Origin: Carcharhinus longimanus
Taxonomy: Eukaryota
DNA: 64,000 nt
Reading direction: 5' to 3'
Assembly: GCA_030264375.1 (NCBI GenBank)
Contig: JASCQW010000099.1
Span: 16,231,364-16,295,363, forward strand
This document shows positions 1 through 12,768 of the stretch, piece by piece. The number at the start of each line of letters is the position of its first letter. Positions within the stretch are counted from its first letter, which is position 1. A program made the translations under genes and the position numbers. The notes below the pieces were generated by a model, which saw only the letters and a list, made by a program, of their open reading frames with translations, did not search any database and was not told the DNA's origin.

Positions 1-89
1 TTTTTCCTGATTTTTGATGTAGTTGGAACATTCTCCCCACATTTTGTTCTTGCTCCCTCCTTCTCGAACTTCTTCCATAGCTCCCCATC

Positions 90-690
90 CTTTGGCATCT
101 TAATTTAAACCGTTCCCCAACTGCTCTAGCAAACACTCCCCCTAGGGCATCAGTCCCAGGAGTAACCTGTCCAGTCTGTACAGGTTCCACCTCCCCCAGA
201 ACCAGTCCCAATGCCCCAGGAATCTGACATCCTCCCCCTGACACCACCTCTTCAGCCATGTATTTATCTGATAAATCCTGTCATTTCTACTCTGACGAGC
301 ACGTGGCACCGGTGATAATCCTGAGATTGCCAACTGCGGAGGTCCAATTTTTTAACTTTCTTCCTAACTCCCTATATTTTGTTTTTAGGATGTCACCCCC
401 TTTTTTTAACCTATGTTGTTTGTACCAATGTGTACTATGACCACTGGCTGTTCGCCCTCCCCCTTCAGAATGTCCTGCAGCCACATCCTTGACCCTAGTA
501 CCAGAAAGGCAACATACCATCCTGGAGTCTTGTTGGTGGCCACAGAAATGTCTGTCTATTCCTCTTACAATTGAATCCCCTATAACTGTTGCACTGGCAC
601 ACTTTTTACCCCTTCCCTTTGCAGCTGAACTACCGTGGTGCAATGAGTTTGGCTGCTGCTGCTTTCCCTAAAGAGGTAATTCCCCTCAAC
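90..690 (-). mobile_element. CR1-type LINE ORF1 fragment (SGNH/GDSL esterase domain), frameshifted
   Basis: VIGDSIVRGIDRHFCG...MVCCLSGTRVKDV and ISGLSPVPRA...INTWLKRWC...FLGHWDWFWGRWNLY are typical of the CR1 ORF1 esterase. Confidence 0.85.
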
Positions 691-2845
691 AGACAGAAAA
701 GTCTGTTATAGGGTTGAGGGCAGGGGAGATGAAATGAGATGCAAGTCCTGTTACCAATTTAAAGATTTTTTTTAGACCAATCGGCACCCTGCAAAACAGA
801 TCTGAATTCTAAATATATCCCTTACAAAAAACATGATATATATTTTAAAGGCACAGTATTATTAATTAGCATAACATTTATTATCTGCCAGACCATAATA
901 GTCACTGTCTGGTATGAATGATGCTTGCTACTTATAAATCTAAGCCTGAATCCTGTCCAGGTCTTGCAACATGATTTGATGATGTGATTTGGGCGTTTGC
1001 AGAGGCTGCAGTTTTACTTTCTTCAACTAAACCCGTTACATGTTTGATTGAACATGTGTGCACAAAGCAAGTATTTGTGTGTAAAGCCCATATAGTTAGG
1101 ACAATACAATGCCAAACTACAAAACACAGAAAAGTTGATTGTTTCAACTCTGAAACACACAACTGAAAACCAGCCCTTAATAAAGCCACTGACCAAGGGC
1201 ACTATATTGTGATTGAAGTTGCTAAACTCTATTTACTAAATTAATTTCAAGATCATTATCAGTATTTTTGGATAACATTCCACAATTATTTTGAAAAGCT
1301 TGTATCTTTATTCTGGCAGTCTACCATTTTGGTTTGTAACTTTCTAATCAATGTTATTAGACATTGCTTGGTGCATTGCAAGAGCCCCACTCTGGCATGG
1401 CAGTCCCTGTTACACTTGCTGCCGATGAAGGCAGAGGTTTGAAAAAGGTGCAGAAGTTGCTGGGCCTCTACTTTCTTCTTGGCCAGCTGAGCTTACCATT
1501 TCTTCTTGCTTTTTCCGGCACCTCCTCAGACAGACAGCCACCAGAATGCTCAGCAACATAGAAATCATGGTTTAGTGTTGATGGAATAAGCATGCCCAGA
1601 CTCTCCTGAGAGACAGCAAAGGTGGAGTCTTTTCTCCTACCTAGTGTATGTTGCCCGTGTCTCACTACTTCAGAGGACTGCAGTGAGGACGCAAGCTTGC
1701 ACTGCTGTGTTCATGATCAGTTTGTTTTTTCTTTACTCAGTTTGGCCATAACAGCAGCTTTGAAACGTAGGTGTTAAATTCCAGCAGTTAGTGACGGATC
1801 GCTGATAATTGTGGACCCTGAGAACATCCAAAAGGTTTTTGTTATAACTGGAATGCCATAGGATATGTATTCAGCCTGAAATAAGCAACAGTTCCACTCA
1901 ATACTGCATTAGATATATTATCTTTGAAGTGGAGGATTTAAAAATTTAAGATGACGCACACTTATGTCTGGCCTCATGGAATTTGGATTTTTGGTACACT
2001 TGCTGCATTTTGGTTTAGCATTTTAAGTCATTATAAGAGACACAACTGACATGATTTCTGCACCATCAGTAAGTCAACACTATAGCCCTCACCAATCATT
2101 AAGACTATTGACTATATATAACAATGACAATTTTTCCAATACTTCTGGTGGCCTAAATTTGAAACACCAGTTTAGCCTGCATTTTATGCATGATGATATC
2201 TTGGTAAAGGAGTTGAAGCTTACGATAGGAATGCCCACCCAGAGGATTATTAAGCAGTTGACTGTTCCTTAAAATTCCTGCTGGTGCTCATTAAGCAGGT
2301 TGCATGGTAAATTGGAGGCTAGAACTGGTCTTAACATCCTTTAACAGCGACCAGTTGATTGAGAGTGAACAGGTTGTTACAGATGTAACATCAAATGTAA
2401 AACCTATTGGAGAGATGGACACTTTATTTTTGAAAGGCAGCCTTAAGTATGGACAATTACCTTCACAAAATGGACTCAAGTAACCTGTGAGACTTATATA
2501 CAGATAGGGACTTCCAAAGTCATTTGCTGTAAAGTCATTAAAATATAAATGTCCTTGTGGAGGACCTTCCATTGAAAAGAATCAGAATTAACAAAATGAT
2601 TTGCAGAATAATCAATAGTACTAGGTACCAATTGTCTGGATATCTACAGAAACTCAATAGAATGGTCACCCCCAGAACTGGTGTCTTAAAATTTAAATCT
2701 AACAAAATAGGATGTGAAAGAACCATTTTATCAGAAGCAGGTTGGAACAGCTGCCATTCATGCCCCACTGTGAGACAATGCCTATGACATCAAATCATTT
2801 GTGTGAAAAAAGGGAATACATTGGTATTATCATCTGATAAACTAG

Positions 2846-2944
2846 GCACGGTGGCACAGTGATTAGCCCTGCTGCCTCAGCACCAGGGACCCGGGTTTGA
2901 TTCCCATCTTGGGTCATTGTGCAGACTCCAAACAGACATTCTCC
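2846..2944 (+). mobile_element. V-SINE (HE1-like) tRNA-derived head, cut by a gap
   Basis: GCACGGTGGCACAGTGATTAG A-box and GGTTTGATTCC B-box. Confidence 0.8.
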
Positions 2945-4669
2945 NNNNNNNNNNNNNNNNNNNNNNNNNNNNNNNNNNNNNNNNNNNNNNNNNNNNNNNN
3001 NNNNNNNNNNNNNNNNNNNNNNNNNNNNNNNNNNNNNNNNNNNNNNNNNNNNNNNNNNNNNNNNNNNNNNNNNNNNNNNNNNNNNNNNNNNNNNNNNNNN
3101 NNNNNNNNNNNNNNNNNNNNNNNNNNNNNNNNNNNNNNNNNNNNNNNNNNNNNNNNNNNNNNNNNNNNNNNNNNNNNNNNNNNNNNNNNNNNNNNNNNNN
3201 NNNNNNNNNNNNNNNNNNNNNNNNNNNNNNNNNNNNNNNNNNNNNNNNNNNNNNNNNNNNNNNNNNNNNNNNNNNNNNNNNNNNNNNNNNNNNNNNNNNN
3301 NNNNNNNNNNNNNNNNNNNNNNNNNNNNNNNNNNNNNNNNNNNNNNNNNNNNNNNNNNNNNNNNNNNNNNNNNNNNNNNNNNNNNNNNNNNNNNNNNNNN
3401 NNNNNNNNNCAACCATCTCAACGACTGATTAGAAGTTTTGACTCTAAGATAAGTGCATTCTACATCTTTGGAACTCATCCTTGCTTGAATGTGTATCTGG
3501 TGTGAATGAGTGGGCATATGTTGCGTTAACATTTCGCATGTTAAGAAATAAATGTTTATCCTCTCTTTCGCCTTGTACTTATAAGGAAGTGTGTTTTGTG
3601 TCTTTCAACTCACAGCAATCAAGGGATTGGAACATACCCACTCAAACATTCATCTCAGGACAGCTGAGGTGAGAAGGGGAGAAATTATCCCTTATCACAT
3701 CCTATCCATCATAACACTTTATTGAGACTTCATTTGTCAATAGTGATTACAGAAAATTATTTCACCTAAAAATAGCGCACATGGTGCTAACCTACCTTGT
3801 TGGACATTTACAGAAGTCACCAGTGAGAGCGAGAGTTCAGTTAACATCTTTCTTAGGGTTCCTTTTGTCTACAGGAGAAATGGGGGAAGAATGGGAGGCC
3901 CAGAAGAGCAGCATCAACTGCTAGAGAAGGATGGGTGTGCGGGGATGGGGGTTGATTTCACCCCCCCCCCCCCCCCCACCCCCAATTTGCTCTGGGCCTC
4001 CAGTACCTCATCCAAGAGCCTGTGCACTATTTCACAGTCCCTGCGCCATCTTGAAAGGTGACGCTCTATCAACACACACATCTTCAGTAAAAAAAAACTG
4101 CTTGGAAACTACACATTGTGCACAACAGAAATTGCATTGAATCAAAGCTCGAGCATCAAACGTGCAGGTGTCTTGTTGAGCAGCTCTGGGCAAACTCAAA
4201 TAATAGCAACTAATGGTTAGCACCAAAATTACACGGTAAAGCTGGACCTTTAAAACAGTAGCACAGCGTCGTTTTGTACCTTTCATCCTTTCACAAAATA
4301 ACCCCTAATATTGTTCATACCCTAAAATCAGATCATCATTAAATTCATTTACTGATTTTTAAAACAGTAGATATTAAGTTATAGAACTTTCTGCCATAGA
4401 AACTTAAAAAGGTATTAAATAAAACTGTAGGTAATAATTTGTAATGAAAATTAGTGGATGCTGCCATTAGGTGCCATTCTTCAAGTCTCAAGAAATAAGA
4501 TGACATTGAAGTTCGTTGGCAGATTTTAAATGAATGCTACACCAATCAATAGAACAGCCAATAACGGGCCTTATTAATCCAATCATTCAGACCAAGGACA
4601 CAAAAATACCTTGCATTTTTACTTGTGAAATGAGTTCAATTAGCCTTCTTTAATCCTTTCCAATTAATC

Positions 4670-5010
4670 AGAGAACCCCTACAATGCAGAAGTGTCTTTT
4701 CGGCCCATCAAGTCTGCACCGACTATGGCAGTGTCTTACCCACGCCTTTTCCCCTGATCTATCCCTGTATCACCACACATTTCCCATGGCTGGTCCATCT
4801 CACCTACACATCTTGGAACACTAAGGTGCAATTTAACATGGCCAATTCATCTAATCTGCACATCGTTGGATTTTGAGAGGAAACAGGAGCACTTGGAGAA
4901 AATCCACGTAGACATGGAGAGAACATGTAAATGCCATACAGTCATTCAAGATTGGAATGGAACCTGGGTCCTTGGCATTGAGGCGCGGCAGGGCTAACAA
5001 CTGTGCCACC
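4670..5010 (-). mobile_element. V-SINE (HE1-like) with CR1-type tail
   Basis: tRNA-like head, V-domain core and a tail ending ...TTCTGCATTGTAGGG on the minus strand. Confidence 0.8.
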
Positions 5011-5944
5011 AATAAGCAAAAGAAATGCTTGTCTTGCCAGGTCCCATGCGACAAACACGCATGTAGTGAAGTGAGTTACATTTTTTTAATGCATAAATCT
5101 TAGCGGGACAAGTTTCATCGCCAATCAATATTTGTTCATGACACAGTTCACTGGTTAATAAGTTGTGAGCAATATATTTGATACTTGCTAATTAGTTACA
5201 GGCCCTAAAAGTTATTTACCTTACTGATGAAGGCAGAGGACAAACTATTTTAATGAAAACTGGAAGAAAATATTGTAAATTCAACATTCTTCCCTTTTTG
5301 CTGCAATAACGTACCTAACAATGCTCATTTCAGGACTGTGGAGGAAGTATTTAGTTCCATTGCCTATCAGTACGAATATTAATATTAAAATCTGGTTTAA
5401 TCTTGCCGACAGCTCGTAATCAAAATGTAGAATTCAGTAAAGCTGGACTGCTGATGATTAAAGGATATGGATCATTTTCCCCACCGTATAGGATCTTGAA
5501 TTTCGATCCAAAAATTAATCTTGGTGTTGCCAATATTTTATTAGTTGATACTTTTGACAAACACCAATCCGAAGAACCCATTTGCAATTCTGTACCATTA
5601 TTCTGTCATTTGCAAAGACTGTACTGTAGTGTGAGAAAGGACATGCCACTGCAAAGGGAGGTGGATCAACAACTCTGTCTCATTTAATCCCCAGTATGAC
5701 AAGGTGTTTTCATACCTTTCAGGCTGCCCAATTTGAAATTCCAAATATAGCTCCTGATGCAATTCCCACCACAGCTGAATACAGGGTACAGCAGTCTTAC
5801 CATCACAATTTTTATCCAGTAACCGTGTAAGTTTTGAAAACCTAGCAATTGTCAGTTTACAAAGACAATGATCAATGAAAGGTGCTAGATTGCAGTAAAA
5901 GCCCAGCTGATTTGCTAACTCCCCGCTGAAAGGAAACCATAGAT

Positions 5945-6290
5945 TCTCTATAGTGCAGAAGGAGGCTATTTAGCCCACTGAATCTGCACACACACTCTCC
6001 GAAAGAGCATCCCACCCTGGCCCATCCCCCAGCCTACCACCATAACCCACGCATTTACCTCGCTAATCCATCTAACCCACACATCTTTGGACACAAAGGG
6101 GCAATTTATCATGGCCAATCCACCCAGCCTGAACATCTTTGAACTATGGGCGGAAACTGGAGCACCCGGAGGAAATCCATACGGACAAATGGAGAAACTG
6201 TAAACTCCACGCAGATTGTTACCCAAGGCCAGAATCAAACCTGGGTTCTTGGCTCTATGAGGCAGTAGTACTGACCACTGTGCCGCCGCC
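5945..6290 (-). mobile_element. V-SINE (HE1-like) with CR1-type tail
   Basis: GGATTTCCTCCGGGTGCTCCAGTTTC core and tRNA-like head. Confidence 0.85.
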
Positions 6291-6712
6291 ATTCCAGTTG
6301 GTTTTGCTTATACATAGCACCAGGACAACATTACTTGGTTGACTTAATGTCCTCTGAAGTAAGCCTATCATTCGCAAAATAATTTTTTACCCAAAGAAAA
6401 AGCACCATTACAAGGACTTATGTTTCAGGCAGACCCACTATCATCTTCTCAGGGAACCAGGGGATGGCTTGTCCTAGTGTTGTCAGCATCCTGTTAACAA
6501 AAGAAAGGGAAGCAGATGGGGTGACCATTTTTGGGAAGGTTTGAAAGTCACAAGGCTGTCCGTACACCATATGGAAACAGGTGCTTTGAAAACAAACACT
6601 TTCAGATTTGTCAGCTGGATTGGATATTTTAATTTTTTTTTAGAAAAAACAATTTTCAGGAAAAAACATTACAATTTGGCAGAAGTACTCGGCAAATTCA
6701 ACTTCATTAGCT

Positions 6713-6718
6713 TTTAAT
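6713..6718 (-). terminator. Candidate distal polyadenylation signal ATTAAA
   Basis: Followed on the minus strand by a U/GU-rich tract (TTGTAATGTTTTTTCCTG...TTGTTTTTTC). Confidence 0.4.
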
Positions 6719-8204
6719 TTAACAGAACACTCAGAGACTTGATGCACATCACGGGTAACACACAAACAGCAGTTAATTTCGTGCACTTCCATCAAAAGAT
6801 CAGGGAAATGAAGTACAGACCCTACACTGAAAACATGTTTAAGGAAATATATTTCTCAACACATATACTTCATATTTATATATTTTCAAATATGCTGAAA
6901 AGAAATCAGTTTCGTTAAAGAAATCCTGAAATGCTAATCAAGAGGATAAAGACCCTTTGTGTATGTACAACTCCCCTTGTTAGGAGCATTGTGCCTTCAT
7001 AATTAGGGGAGAGAGAGGACAATCCAGTCAGCAGCCACTTTAAAAAGAGGTGCTCCAGATTTCAATGAGGTACTAGAGCAAACAAAAAGGAATGAAAACA
7101 ACCTCAAAAAATAAATGCAGAAAAACTGAATATGGAAAGCTTGGCAACAAATAATAACACACCAGATAGACACATTTCTGCACTGAATTCGACCATGGGG
7201 ATCGACATTTTATATTGAGTGCAGGTTAGAATTTCACCATGAAACAAAAGCTCGGGAATTTCTAATAGACTATATTTTAAAAGCTTGGTGGTCTGCTGTG
7301 TTGATCTGGATACTGTGGCTGCTGAGGTCTGTGAGCAAAAGGTTCTACTGCATGGGCAACATACAACAATGGGACTCAATTACATTCCAAGTCCAGGCTT
7401 CGTCATTAAACAAGAGCCCTCTCTGCTGGAACCAGCAGCATTTCGGCACAATGTCAGCCTTTAATTTCCCCACACAAGACCCAAGATGAATATGTGCAAT
7501 GATCATGAATGGGAAAGGCTGCAGACTTTACACACCATAGCTAAAGCAAAGAGACCAGAAAGCAGTGGTGGGTAGGGTGGGGGAGGGGGGATATAGGAAG
7601 AGGAGGAGGACGAGGAGGAGGAGAGAACTACTGTATGTACAAAAACAAAGGTAAAACACAGTTATGACCGACTTCTCAGATACATTCCATTTAATTTTCC
7701 AATATGGGCATTCCCAAAGTATTGCACTAAATATCACCTCCATGTAGCACAGAATGCTACAATACACCAATAATGTACAGCAAGGTATGAACAGGAATCA
7801 GAACCAGCCCATGCTAGCAGCTGACCTCACTTACAAAAAACTAACTATGCTGATATTCCATGCACGCAAGTGTTTCTCTAAAGGAACTTCAATGTCCTAT
7901 TAATCTGCCACCCATTTCTTCCTCCCACATCATAAATAATATTAACCTGCCATCTTTCTCCCCTTTAGTTCCAACCATGTTTCTGCCAGGAAAATAGTTC
8001 TTATTGTCGACCACAATTTGTTCCTTGAACAAGAAAAAATATTTCCACGGTCTCCCAAAGTATTCTGCAGACGCATGTCTGGTAAATGGCATGATTTCAT
8101 ACAAGACCTAGGTAGCAATAGGGTAGGAGTTACTACAATAAATATTAGAGTATTCAAACTGGAGTAAAATCTGGCAACGTAATACTATTAATGAACATTA
8201 AAAT

Positions 8205-8218
8205 TTTATTTGTTTAAT
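8205..8218 (-). terminator. Candidate proximal polyadenylation signals (ATTAAA then AATAAA)
   Basis: Plus strand tttatt at 8205-8210 and tttaat at 8213-8218. Confidence 0.4.
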
Positions 8219-8460
8219 GGCTATGCGGATTCAAACCCCAAAGATGATTTAATTTTTTAAAAAAAGGTCATTAGTTTAGAAGGATTTGCATTATTGACAA
8301 ATATTTATAGTAAATGGGGAGACATACATAAACTTACATTAACAAAAGTAACAAATCTAATTACAATACTTTCTGTACGAATAATGTTACAGGCAGCATC
8401 TGGCATGAAATGAATCCATATCAACCAAAGACAAAAGTAGGTCAAAAAATGTATTCATCT

Positions 8461-8900
8461 GACCAGTGTTGGACACAAACTGACATCATCCAATCACCAG
8501 TGAACAGAAATCAACATCTACCAATCATTGTTGGAGATACTGACATCATCCAATCACCATTGGGACAGAAATCTACATCGACCAATCACTGTTGGAGATA
8601 CTGACATCATCCAATCACCACTGAACAGAAATCAACAATCATTGTTGGACACAAATTGACATCATCCTAACTCAACCAGACAGAAACTAGCATCAGCCAA
8701 TTAGCATGGCCACAATCTGACATCATCCAATTCGCACCGGATACAAACTGTCCAACCAGTGGACATACACCAATATCGAACCAGCATTAGACAAACAAGC
8801 ATCATTCAATAGGAACTGGATGCAAACCTGTATCTTCCAATCAGCGTCAGATACAAATCAATATCACCCAACCAGCTCTGAACGCAAACCAATAAGATGC
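8461..8900. repeat. Degenerate minisatellite, about 30-bp monomers arranged as about 60-bp dimers
   Basis: (C/T)TGACATCATCC(A/T)A recurs at 8480, 8540, 8601, 8656 and 8717, with related CCAATC half-units between; it decays toward 8900. Confidence 0.85.
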
Positions 8901-9362
8901 AAATTAATTTCTTGGGGCCAGAAATGGATTATTGTTTGGATTCTCATGTCAATACTCTGCTACATGTATTTATCCTCTTGTTTTGCATTTGTTGGCATCT
9001 GGAGTGAATGCAGTATACATTTATAGCTCCATGGGTGAAACACTGGCAGAGACAATAGCACAAAACATTTGGCGTGTGAAATAACACAGAAAACCCAGCA
9101 CGGCCCCATGTGTCCCTTGTTCCCTGCTCAGGTCCCACACTGTGCACCAACCCACAGTTACAGTAGAAAACACCTTCATGTTGCAAGTTTTCAGTTTCCT
9201 CCTCAGTTTAAAGCAATGTGACTGAGGGAAAGTTTATGAGTTGTGCTAGGAAACAGCAGTACTCAAAGATGAACCTCCTGTCCTGTAGAAATAAATGAAG
9301 AGGGAGAATCATCTGTGGATAACCTCCTTCCAGCTTAAATTTGGTAACGTGGACCAAGGCCA

Positions 9363-9404
9363 TCAGAACTGGTACCACTTCTTATCTTTGCACTTTAACA
9401 TCAT
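9363..9404 (-). CDS. STXBP5: STXBP5 last coding exon: MMLKCKDKKWYQF-stop
   Basis: Acceptor TCTTTTCTTTCCAG; characteristic tomosyn C-terminus KDKKWYQF followed by TGA. Confidence 0.96.
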   Translation of the reverse strand: MMLKCKDKKWYQF

Positions 9405-9779
9405 CTGGAAAGAAAAGACAAAAATATTACTTCCAAAGAACAGACTGAAAGAAGTTTATATCTTCTGAAATGTCCTCCAAACTATTGCAGGATCAAGATA
9501 GAGGAAGAGTTTGGACAAGCAGATTTACCTTTGACCAGGGTTTCAAAGAATGGTTGTGCCAATTTGAAAGAGCAGTATAGCCAGGAATTGTACATCAAGG
9601 TATTAGCTCTCCCTTGTTTATAAGAGATGCTTGCTGGCTGCTTCAAGAACCTCAGGGACATTTGTGAACAGAAGGGCAGAACACAAAAGGCGGGTTTCTG
9701 GAACATCTGTGACAAAGAATTGATTTCCCTTCCCAAAAAAAAGCATTTTCCTATGGTACCAAGTGAACTGCAACAACCC

Positions 9780-10110
9780 TGTTGAATTCCTCACGGTCGT
9801 TCTCTTGAGAATATCTCAATGAGTTTTGCAGAACTATTTAGGGAATGCTCCAATCTAATACAAAAGCTCAAACAACAACAGAGCACTTGAAAATACCATC
9901 ACGGTTTTGTTTATGCTCACCAGAAATGAACGGTGGGGCCTAGTTTCACTTCTCGTCTGTAAGAAAGGATCTCTTAAGACAGTGTAGCACTCCTTTTGTG
10001 TGGCACAGAAGTGTCAGCCTGTATTACACGCTTGAGTCTTCAAAGTGGGACTTGAATCCACAACCTTCTGACTCAGAGGCAAGTGTGTCCAGCCACTAAG
10101 TCGTGGCTAT
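9780..10110 (-). mobile_element. Degenerate DeuSINE (SacSINE1-like)
   Basis: tRNA-like head (GGTTGTGGATTCAAGTCCCAC) followed by a Deu-domain-like segment on the minus strand. Confidence 0.55.
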
Positions 10111-10189
10111 TTTAATTGTGGATAATATCGATCTGGTTGATCTATCTCTTGCCTTTACTGCATGCTGCTATGAACAATTCATTTCCAGC

Positions 10190-11220
10190 AAATGATTAGG
10201 AAGGCAAATGGAATGTCATCATTTACTGCAAGGGGAGTCGAGTGTAAATGTACAGCTGTACAGGGCCACTTCTGGAGTACTCTGCACATTTTTGGTCTCC
10301 TTCAGAGAGGATTCAACTGTACGAGCAGCATTTTGGAGAAGATTCACTCAACTGACTCCTGGGATGAAGGGGGTTAGCTTACGAAAAATAGTTGAGTAGA
10401 TTGGGCCTATACCCATTGAAGTTTAGAAGAATGAGGGGTGATTGTACTGAAACATAAAAGATCCTGAGGTGGCTTGACAGAGTGGATACTGGGAGGATGT
10501 CTAAAGTTTAAAGCAAAGTTTAAGTTTGTTAGTCACAAATAAGACTTACATTAACACTGCAATGAAATGACTGTGAAGTTCCCCTAGTCGCCATATTTTG
10601 ACACCCATTCAGGTCAATGCACCTAATCTTTCAGACTGAGGGGAAACCAGAGCGCCTGGAGGAAACCCATGGGGAGAATGTGCAGACTTCACACAGACAG
10701 TGACCCAAGCCAGGAATCGAACCAGGATCTCTGGTGCTGAGGCANNNNNNNNNNNNNNNNNNNNNNNNNNNNNNNNNNNNNNNNNNNNNNNNNNNNNNNN
10801 NNNNNNNNNNNNNNNNNNNNNNNNNNNNNNNNNNNNNNNNNNNNTCACACAGACAGTGACCCAAGCCAGGAATCGAACCCAGGTCCCTGACACTATGAGG
10901 GAGCAGGGCTAACCACTGTGCTGCTAGGGCATACAGTTTAAAAATTAGTGGTCTCGCACTTAAGACTAAGATAAGGGAAAGTTTCTTCTCTCTCTATGGG
11001 TTGCTAGTCTGTGGAATTCTCTTCCCCAAAGGGCAGAGGAGGCTGGATCACTGAATACGTTTGAGGCTGAATTTTATAGATTTTTAATTTACAAGGGAGA
11101 TGAGGGTTATGGGGGTGGGGGCAGATAGGTAAGTGGGAGTTGAGGCCACAATCAGATCAGTCATGATTTTATAGAATGGTGGAGCAGCCCCGGGGGTCTA
11201 CTGCTGCTCCTAATTCTTGT
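10190..11220 (+). mobile_element. CR1/HER1-like LINE 3' fragment interrupted by a V-SINE
   Basis: CR1 ORF2 C-terminal sequence (KANGM..., GAAGTTTAGAAGAATGAGGGGTGA) resumes after about 10925 and ends in the CR1 tail CTACTGCTGCTCCTAATTCTT. Confidence 0.8.
10510..10925 (-). mobile_element. V-SINE with non-CR1 tail, nested in CR1; spans a gap
   Basis: tRNA head near 10920, V core, tail ...CATTGCAGTGTTAATGTAAGTCTTATTTGTGAC. Confidence 0.8.
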
Positions 11221-11269
11221 GCACAGGTTCATTTGTTTCAGAAAATATACTGTAAGATCTTGTAAAAGA

Positions 11270-11620
11270 CCTTGCACTTACAGAACACCGTATCGCATTG
11301 AGGCATTAGCCGGCCAAATTACACACAGAAAAGCCTCATAAATAGTAATGAATGACCAATTTGCTTCTGGCGCTGTTGATTGAGAAAGAAATATTGGCCA
11401 GGGCACTGGAGATCTCACTGCCTTTCTTCAGGAGGATATTTTACCTCCAGGACAGACTGTACTTCCTGTTAGCGTCTCATCACAAAGTTGGCAGTTCTGA
11501 AATGTGGCATGTCCTCAGTACTGAAGTGTTGGTCCAGATTTTGATCCAAGTCCTAGAGGGGGGCTCAAGCCCCCAACCTTCAGAGTCAATAGTGCTAATC
11601 ACTGAGCCAAGCTGAATACT
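11270..11620 (-). mobile_element. Degenerate DeuSINE-like element
   Basis: Minus-strand GTGCCCTGGCCAATATTTC core and tRNA-like head near 11610. Confidence 0.55.
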
Positions 11621-11789
11621 GCTGTTGGTCAGAATGCTCAGAGACTTTGACACCTATCTTTCACGTATTTCAGAAAGCTTCAAATATAATCGGCTGCAGT
11701 GTAGTTTTGTTGTTTTGGGGGCAAAAACAAGTACTTGTAATTGAGCTGTTTAAATAATAGTTCATGTTACAAGATTTTGGAGTATAAAG

Positions 11790-12075
11790 TTTATTTATTG
11801 GTCACAAGTAGGCTTATATTCACACTGCAATGATGTAACTGTGAAAATCCCCTAGTCATCACACTCTGGCACCTGTTCGGGTACACTGAGGGAGAATTTA
11901 GCATGGCCAATTCACCTAACCAGCACTTCTTTGGATTGTGGGAGGAAACCGGAGCACCCGAAGGAAATCCACGCAGACAGGAGGAGAACGTGCAGACTTC
12001 ACACAGACAATGACCTAAGTCGGGAATTGAACTCAGGTTCCTGATGCTGTGAGGCAGCAGTGCTACCAAAGTGCA
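11790..12075 (-). mobile_element. V-SINE with non-CR1 tail
   Basis: Head, V core (GGGTGCTCCGGTTTCCTCCCAC) and tail GGATTTTCACAGTTACATCATTGCAGTG...AATAAATAAA. Confidence 0.85.
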
Positions 12076-12768
12076 ACCCCATGCAAGTATACATATTAAA
12101 GAGAAAGACTGAATGCAAATAGTGCAAGGAACATGCTCAAATCAGGAAAAGCTGTAACAATTCTTATTTATTTGGCTGAAAACTACATCCTGTACAAAGA
12201 TGTTGATCTACCAGTAGGCATTGCCAGCTTTGCAGGATTACCAAGACTGGCTGAAACCTGATATTTCTATCACTCAGGCACAGCTTTCAGAAGTGCCTGC
12301 CTGCAGCTCCTTCAGGCTTTGGTGGAAAGACTTGGAACCTCCCCTGGGACATCCTGTCAACTGACAGCAGATGGCACAATGACCCAACAATCAACGTGAC
12401 AGTCACTGACATTCCAAAATTACAAAAACCCAAAGCTCTACTCTGATAATGACAAACAAGGAGAAAACTTTCTTAGTCCTGGTCCCTTGATAGGAAGTGG
12501 TTAGATTGAAATCCTTAAATATTCCTTTTTCGGTGTACAATATGCAGGATATAAAGAGAAGACAAAAACATAAGGATATGGTGACTTCAATTCCCAGTTC
12601 ACCAAGATCAAAAATTTCCCATGATGAAGTCAGCGGTACAAACAAAACTGTTTCGTCAAACAGCAGTTTTACCTCCAATAATAGTCAAAAGTGCAAAAGG
12701 GGAGCATCATCAACTCAGGAAATATTGGATTTATTGGGTGGGAAATCAAACTGCCAAGCCAGTTTTAT

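Larger units (their letters stand above)
6690..9362 (-). other. STXBP5: Probable STXBP5 3' UTR
   Basis: Stretch without recognisable transposons after the stop codon, U-rich on the minus strand, containing candidate poly(A) signals. The end point is inferred. Confidence 0.55.

Noticed and set aside
287-643. GDSL esterase-like ORF as a host gene
   Set aside because: Frameshifted and matches the CR1 ORF1 esterase.
2795-3532. Long ORFs in the track (also 36317-36908 and other X-rich ORFs)
   Set aside because: They are open only because they run through N gaps.
3961-3984. Poly-C tract giving a poly-proline ORF
   Set aside because: A simple homopolymer with no evidence of coding function.
700-6600. 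A second gene downstream of STXBP5
   Set aside because: No recognisable coding exons on either strand.
8461-8900. Regularly spaced repeats resembling a CRISPR array
   Set aside because: Vertebrate context, no cas genes, and the intervening segments are related to one another rather than unique spacers; it is a minisatellite.
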